From Candidatus Latescibacterota bacterium (GTDB taxonomy: Bacteria; Latescibacterota; UBA2968; GCA-2709665): 64,000 bases of DNA. The DNA is taken from positions 2,752,001-2,816,000 of the forward strand of contig OZ241917.1 in assembly GCA_965203805.1 (NCBI GenBank), read 5' to 3'. The translations under genes were made by a program, and so were the position numbers. Of this stretch, positions 59,715 through 64,000 are shown piece by piece (positions within the stretch are counted from its first letter, which is position 1; the number at the start of each line of letters is the position of its first letter). Below the pieces are notes generated by a model. That model was not told the origin of the DNA, made no database searches, and saw only the letters and a list, made by a program, of their open reading frames with translations.

Positions 59715-61040
59715 ATGGATGAGCCAACGGCTGAAAGCAGGCCGACATCGGAGGAACGTTACCGTGCGGGGAGCCCGCGCTCCGGGGCGGCCTTCGAGCA
59801 GGCCAGGTCGGTGATGCCCGGCGGGGTGAAAGGCGCGTACTATTACGCGCCGTATCCGCTGACCGTCGAGCGCGGCGAGGGGTGTTTCGTTTACGACCTG
59901 GACGGCCGCAAGCTGGTGGACTTCAACAACCACCATACAGCGCAGATTCTGGGCCACGGTCATCCGGCGGTGGTGACCGCCGTGCAGGAACAGGTTTCCA
60001 GAGGCATCGCATTGAGCGCGCCCGCGGGAGTGGAGACGGCGCTGGCCGAAGCCATTTGCGGGCGCGTGAAGTCCGTGGACAAGATCCGGTTCTGCAATTC
60101 CGGCACCGAAGCGACCCTGCACGCCATTCGCCTGGCGCGGGGCGTCAGCGGCCGCACGAAGATTGCCAAGTTCGAGGGCGGGTACCACGGCAGCCACGAC
60201 GTGGTGGAGGTGAGCGTGGCGCCGCCGCTGGACCGGGCGGGTCCCGCGTCGGCGCCGCATTCGGTTTCCACGGCCGGAGGGGCGTCACCCCACGCGGCCG
60301 GTGAAGTGCTCGTCCTGCCGTATAACGACGAAAACGCCGTCGAGAGATTGCTCGCCCGCTATCGACGCGAACTGGCCTGCGTGATCTTCGACCCCCGGGC
60401 CGGGATTTTGTCTCAACGCGCGGAGTTTGCGCGGTTCGTCTGCGAGATGGCGCGCCGGAACAACGTGCTGGTGATATTCGACGAGATCGTGGGATTTCGG
60501 GTCGGTACCGGTGGTCTGCAGGACCTCTATGGCATCGCGCCGGACCTGACGACGTTCGGAAAGGTCATCGGCGGCGGATTTCCGGTAGGCGCCTTCGGAG
60601 GCCGAGCCGACCTGATGGACCGCTTCGATTCGTCCCAGGGGCCGACCGGTTTCTTTCAAAGCGGCACGTTCAGCGGGCATCCCGTTGCCATGGCCGCGGG
60701 ACTGGCGACCCTGAAGCAGCTGACGCCGGATGTGTTCTCGCATCTGAACCGGTTGGGAGAACGGCTCAGGCAGGGGTTGAGTCGCCTGTTTTCCGTGAGA
60801 AACGTGGATGCGGCTGCGGTCGGCGTCGGCTCGCTGTTCAGCATACACTTTTCGTGCGACGAAATGCTGAACTACCGCCACCTGGCCGGAACGGACAAGG
60901 CGGCGGCGCACAACCTGCTGCTCGGTCTGATCGAAGAGGGGTATTACCTGGGGAACGGCCTGGTGATGTGCGCCGTCTCCGCCCCGATGGACGAAGGCCA
61001 CGTGGACGGGTTGATCGAGGCCGTGGGCAGGGTCGTGTAA
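59715..61040 (+). CDS. Class III aminotransferase (glutamate-1-semialdehyde aminomutase-like)
   Basis: NSGTEAT, KFEGGYHG, FDEIVGFR, FGKVIGGGFPVGA, SGTFSG. Confidence 0.9.
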   Translation: MDEPTAESRPTSEERYRAGSPRSGAAFEQARSVMPGGVKGAYYYAPYPLTVERGEGCFVYDLDGRKLVDFNNHHTAQILGHGHPAVVTAVQEQVSRGIALSAPAGVETALAEAICGRVKSVDKIRFCNSGTEATLHAIRLARGVSGRTKIAKFEGGYHGSHDVVEVSVAPPLDRAGPASAPHSVSTAGGASPHAAGEVLVLPYNDENAVERLLARYRRELACVIFDPRAGILSQRAEFARFVCEMARRNNVLVIFDEIVGFRVGTGGLQDLYGIAPDLTTFGKVIGGGFPVGAFGGRADLMDRFDSSQGPTGFFQSGTFSGHPVAMAAGLATLKQLTPDVFSHLNRLGERLRQGLSRLFSVRNVDAAAVGVGSLFSIHFSCDEMLNYRHLAGTDKAAAHNLLLGLIEEGYYLGNGLVMCAVSAPMDEGHVDGLIEAVGRVV

Positions 61041-61085
61041 TTCCAGGGACGAATGCGCGAGAAATTGAAACCGGAGGAACGTCTC

Positions 61086-61853
61086 ATGCGATACATCGAC
61101 ACGCACGCCCATCTCGGGCCATGGTTCGACGACATTACGACGTTTACGGCCGAGGGATTCGTGGCGCTGCAGGAGCGCGCGGGCATCGAACGGACCGTGG
61201 TCACGTCCGGTTCCGCGCTGTTTACAGAGCTGACATACGGGAACGAATGGACCATAGAGCAGGCCGAGAAGCTGGAACATCTGCTCGTCTGGCTGGTTCT
61301 GAACCCGTTGAAGATGGTCGAGTCGCTGGAGTTGCTGGAGCGGTTCAAGGACCATGCCAAGGTCGCGGGCATCAAGATCCATCCGGTGCAGCACAAGTAT
61401 CCTGCCGACATCAAGCCTACCTTCCGGCTATTCGAAGAGTTGGAGCCGCTCGGCCTTCCCGTGCTTTCCCATGGTGAGAACGAGTCCTATGCGGCCCCTG
61501 CGCGGTTGCGGCGGCTGGCCGAAGCATTCCCGTCCCTGACATTGATAACGGCGCATTTCGGCGCCGGGCAGCCGGGCCAGACCTACGAAGCGATCGACGC
61601 GCTGCAGGATTGCAGAACGGGCAACCTCTACACGGACATGGGTACTGCCCGGGCGATTCGGACCGGCATCATCGGGCTGGTTGTGCGCGAGGTGGGCGCC
61701 GACAGGGTACTGTTCGGAACGGATTCGCCTCTGTACGAGCCGATGGCGTTTCCCACCCTGCTGGCCGCGGCGGATATTACGGAACAGGAAAGAGAGCAGA
61801 TCGCCTACAAGAATGCGGAACGGCTCGTGCTGGCGCCTAAGAAGTTGTTTTAA
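61086..61853 (+). CDS. Amidohydrolase_2 family metal-dependent hydrolase
   Basis: IDTHAH, GIKIHP, AHFG, RVLFGTD; ATG at 61086 follows GGAGGA (alternative 61053). The last codons derive from a MITE. Confidence 0.88.
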   Translation: MRYIDTHAHLGPWFDDITTFTAEGFVALQERAGIERTVVTSGSALFTELTYGNEWTIEQAEKLEHLLVWLVLNPLKMVESLELLERFKDHAKVAGIKIHPVQHKYPADIKPTFRLFEELEPLGLPVLSHGENESYAAPARLRRLAEAFPSLTLITAHFGAGQPGQTYEAIDALQDCRTGNLYTDMGTARAIRTGIIGLVVREVGADRVLFGTDSPLYEPMAFPTLLAAADITEQEREQIAYKNAERLVLAPKKLF

Positions 61854-62026
61854 AATTACCGGTGAGTTCCCGAGCACGAGCGAAAAAGTGGCGGTCAAGG
61901 CGGGAAAATCCGCCTAAGAGAGGCGAGCAAGCGCAGCCTCGACCTTTCGATACGGGTGGGTTTGACCAACGCCGACCGGCGCTTTTGCAGCCGTGCGAAG
62001 ACCGCTGGGAATTTTAAGACAGCTTC
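61841..62026. mobile_element. 186-bp MITE (IS5-like ends) with TAA target duplication
   Basis: IRs GAAGTTGTTTTAAAATT (61841-61857) and AATTTTAAGACAGCTTC (62010-62026), 15/17 match; TAA at 61838-61840 and 62027-62029. Confidence 0.82.
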
Positions 62027-62087
62027 TAAGGGACTGTCGTAGACGTTGTCGATGATATTGAGGCCATGGGTCCGGAGGAATGATTAG

Positions 62088-63440
62088 ATGAAACTGGACG
62101 GTCGCCGGCGGAGGCTGCTCGAGCGGACATTTCTGGATTATCAGCAGACGTCGGCCTTCATGGAGCATCCGTTCATCGTAAAAAAGGCGCACGGACTTCA
62201 CTATTGGGATATGGAGGGCAAACGTTATTTCGACGGGATCGGCGGCATCTTTGTAGCTTCGCTCGGACACGGCCATCCGCGGGTGCTGGAGGCGATGCGA
62301 AGGCAGGCGGAGACGCTCGGATTCTCGCCGCCCATGCACGGGCTTTCGGACGTCGCGCTGGATTTCGTCGAGAAGCTGAGCGAGGTAACGCCGGAGAATC
62401 TGAATTTCATCAAGTCCTACAGCGGCGGGTCAGAAGCGGTCGAATCCGCGCTGAAATTCACGCGGCAGTACTTCAAGCAGAGCGGGAACCCCGGCAAGTA
62501 CAAGTTCGTCAGCCGATACTTCGGGTATCACGGCGCGACGTTCGGCGCAATGGCGGCCAGCGGGACGGGAAAACGCAAGACGCCGTTCGAGCCCCAGCCG
62601 GGCGGCTTTCTGAAGGTGTTTCCGCCCACGTATTACCGCGACCGGTTTGCTTCGTGGGAGGAATGCAACCGGTTCTGCGCGAATATGTTCGAAGATGTGA
62701 TCGTCAATGAGGATCCGGACACGGTCGCGGGTGTCATCCTGGAACCGATCGGCAATACCGGGGGGATCATTACCCCGACCGAAGAGTACTTTCAGATCGT
62801 CCGTGACGTCTGCGATCGACACAACGTGGTGTTGATCTACGATGAAATCATCACGGGCTTCGGCAAAACCGGGTCGATGTTCGCAGCACAGACATTCGGG
62901 GTTACTCCCGATATCATCTGCGCGGGCAAGGGGGTCTCGAGCGGGGCGTACCCCGTTGGCGCGATGATGGCGCGGGAAGATATGGGAGACGTCTTTCTCG
63001 GGCCGGTGGAGGCGGACGTCAACTTCGCGCACGGGCATACGTTCGCGGCCAATCCCGTCGCCTGCGCCGTGGGTATGGCCGTGATCGACGAAATCGTGGA
63101 GCAGCAACTGGATCGAAAAGCCGGGGTTCTCGGCCGATATCTCGCATCGAAGCTGGAAGGGTTGAAGGACCTGGGCGTGGTTCGGGAGGTGCGCGGCCGG
63201 GGGCTGTTGCAGGGCGTGGAACTGGTGAGGGATACGAAGTCGATGGCGCCGTTCCCTGAACTGGGCGGGGCGTTGAAGCGGACCTCGCTGGAGAACGGGT
63301 TGCTGATTCGAATCGACCCCACCTGGTTTGCCGTGAGCCCGGCGCTGATCGTACAGCGGGAGGACATCGACGAACTGTACGACCTCGTACGCAAGAGCCT
63401 GGTCGACGCGCTGGAGCGGGTGGCGCAGGATAGTCGCTGA
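62088..63440 (+). CDS. Class III (omega-amino acid) aminotransferase
   Basis: GGSEAVESALK, YHGAT, EPI, DEIITGFGKTG, AGKG..SG, HGHTF. Confidence 0.92.
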   Translation: MKLDGRRRRLLERTFLDYQQTSAFMEHPFIVKKAHGLHYWDMEGKRYFDGIGGIFVASLGHGHPRVLEAMRRQAETLGFSPPMHGLSDVALDFVEKLSEVTPENLNFIKSYSGGSEAVESALKFTRQYFKQSGNPGKYKFVSRYFGYHGATFGAMAASGTGKRKTPFEPQPGGFLKVFPPTYYRDRFASWEECNRFCANMFEDVIVNEDPDTVAGVILEPIGNTGGIITPTEEYFQIVRDVCDRHNVVLIYDEIITGFGKTGSMFAAQTFGVTPDIICAGKGVSSGAYPVGAMMAREDMGDVFLGPVEADVNFAHGHTFAANPVACAVGMAVIDEIVEQQLDRKAGVLGRYLASKLEGLKDLGVVREVRGRGLLQGVELVRDTKSMAPFPELGGALKRTSLENGLLIRIDPTWFAVSPALIVQREDIDELYDLVRKSLVDALERVAQDSR

Positions 63441-63532
63441 TCGATGGGCATCCGATCATTGCCCGTTTTGAGGACCGTCAGCGCGAAGTTTACGCAAAAA
63501 CCGGAAGTAAGGACCTTCGAAGGGAGGCGTAG

Positions 63533-64000
63533 ATGACGACGATGAGAACGACGGCACTGTTGTGTTTCCTGCTGCTGGCAACGCCGGCGATGATTTCCGC
63601 GGGCGAAATGGAAAGGCGATCCCGCATTGAACTCAGGATGGGCCTGCGAAATCACGGAGGAACGACCGGAGCGGCGACAACGGTCGGTCCACTGGGTGTT
63701 GAAGCGACTGCCGGATCGGGTGACGTATTCTTCTCGCTGGGCTATTCGCGCTGGATGCGGGAAGACGTGGCCGGTTATGCCGCGCTCGGGCTCATGTCCG
63801 TCGATGCGAGTTCACGGGTTGGGCTTTCGGGGGTCTCGCAGCGGTCGGCCGCCATTCTTCCGGTGATCGTGGGCATGAGATATTACCCGACCAGGCCAAC
63901 AACCCGGACCCAGTTCAGGCCCTTTCTGACCGCGGGTGCAGGACCCGTCACCGGTTTTGAATCCGGGAGCGAAATCGGTTTGCAGGTGGTCCAGAAGACC
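63533..64000 (+). CDS. Outer-membrane beta-barrel protein, partial (runs off the window)
   Basis: RBS GGGAGG; my translation gives a signal peptide MTTMRTTALLCFLLLATPAMISA, then alternating strands ILPVIVGMRYYP...FRPFLTAGAG; no stop before 64000. Confidence 0.7.
   Translation, partial: MTTMRTTALLCFLLLATPAMISAGEMERRSRIELRMGLRNHGGTTGAATTVGPLGVEATAGSGDVFFSLGYSRWMREDVAGYAALGLMSVDASSRVGLSGVSQRSAAILPVIVGMRYYPTRPTTRTQFRPFLTAGAGPVTGFESGSEIGLQVVQKT

Noticed and set aside
57597-60260. 887-aa minus-strand ORF (likewise 32578-34734, 42334-43902, 26549-28108 and similar)
   Set aside because: These are antisense or off-frame shadows of well-supported genes in GC-rich DNA, with no recognisable motifs.

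Overview
GC-rich bacterial chromosomal segment with about 48 protein-coding genes and no rRNA, tRNA or CRISPR array. The gene content (secreted WD40 proteins with a C-terminal DFDGNG-x-VDF-x-DF tail, membrane pentapeptide proteins, many catabolic enzymes, a TonB receptor) suggests a diderm host-associated organism such as a Latescibacterota/Gemmatimonadota-like sponge symbiont; this is inference only. Main points: (1) A roughly 16 kb minus-strand accessory block separates an ABC ATPase/permease pair from its usual AttH/CrtC-like partner. (2) Inside that block is a type III restriction-modification locus with an intact SAMHD1/YwfO-like HD phosphohydrolase plus YwgA/SocA-like gene pair lodged between mod and res, a candidate anti-phage module. 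(3) The mod gene is disrupted twice, by an IS1380 element (TTAA duplication) and by a 289-bp multi-ended miniature element (9-bp duplication); removing both restores a 547-aa reading frame. (4) selD encodes selenocysteine (in-frame TGA plus a SECIS hairpin), which the ORF track misses. (5) Also present are an AT-richer toxin/immunity-like triplet, a PTS-EIIA + PII-like + twin cation/proton antiporter operon, a divergent citrate synthase / HTH-citrate synthase pair with a palindromic operator, a csp gene with a terminator-like leader hairpin, and a MITE that rewrote the C-terminus of an amidohydrolase.
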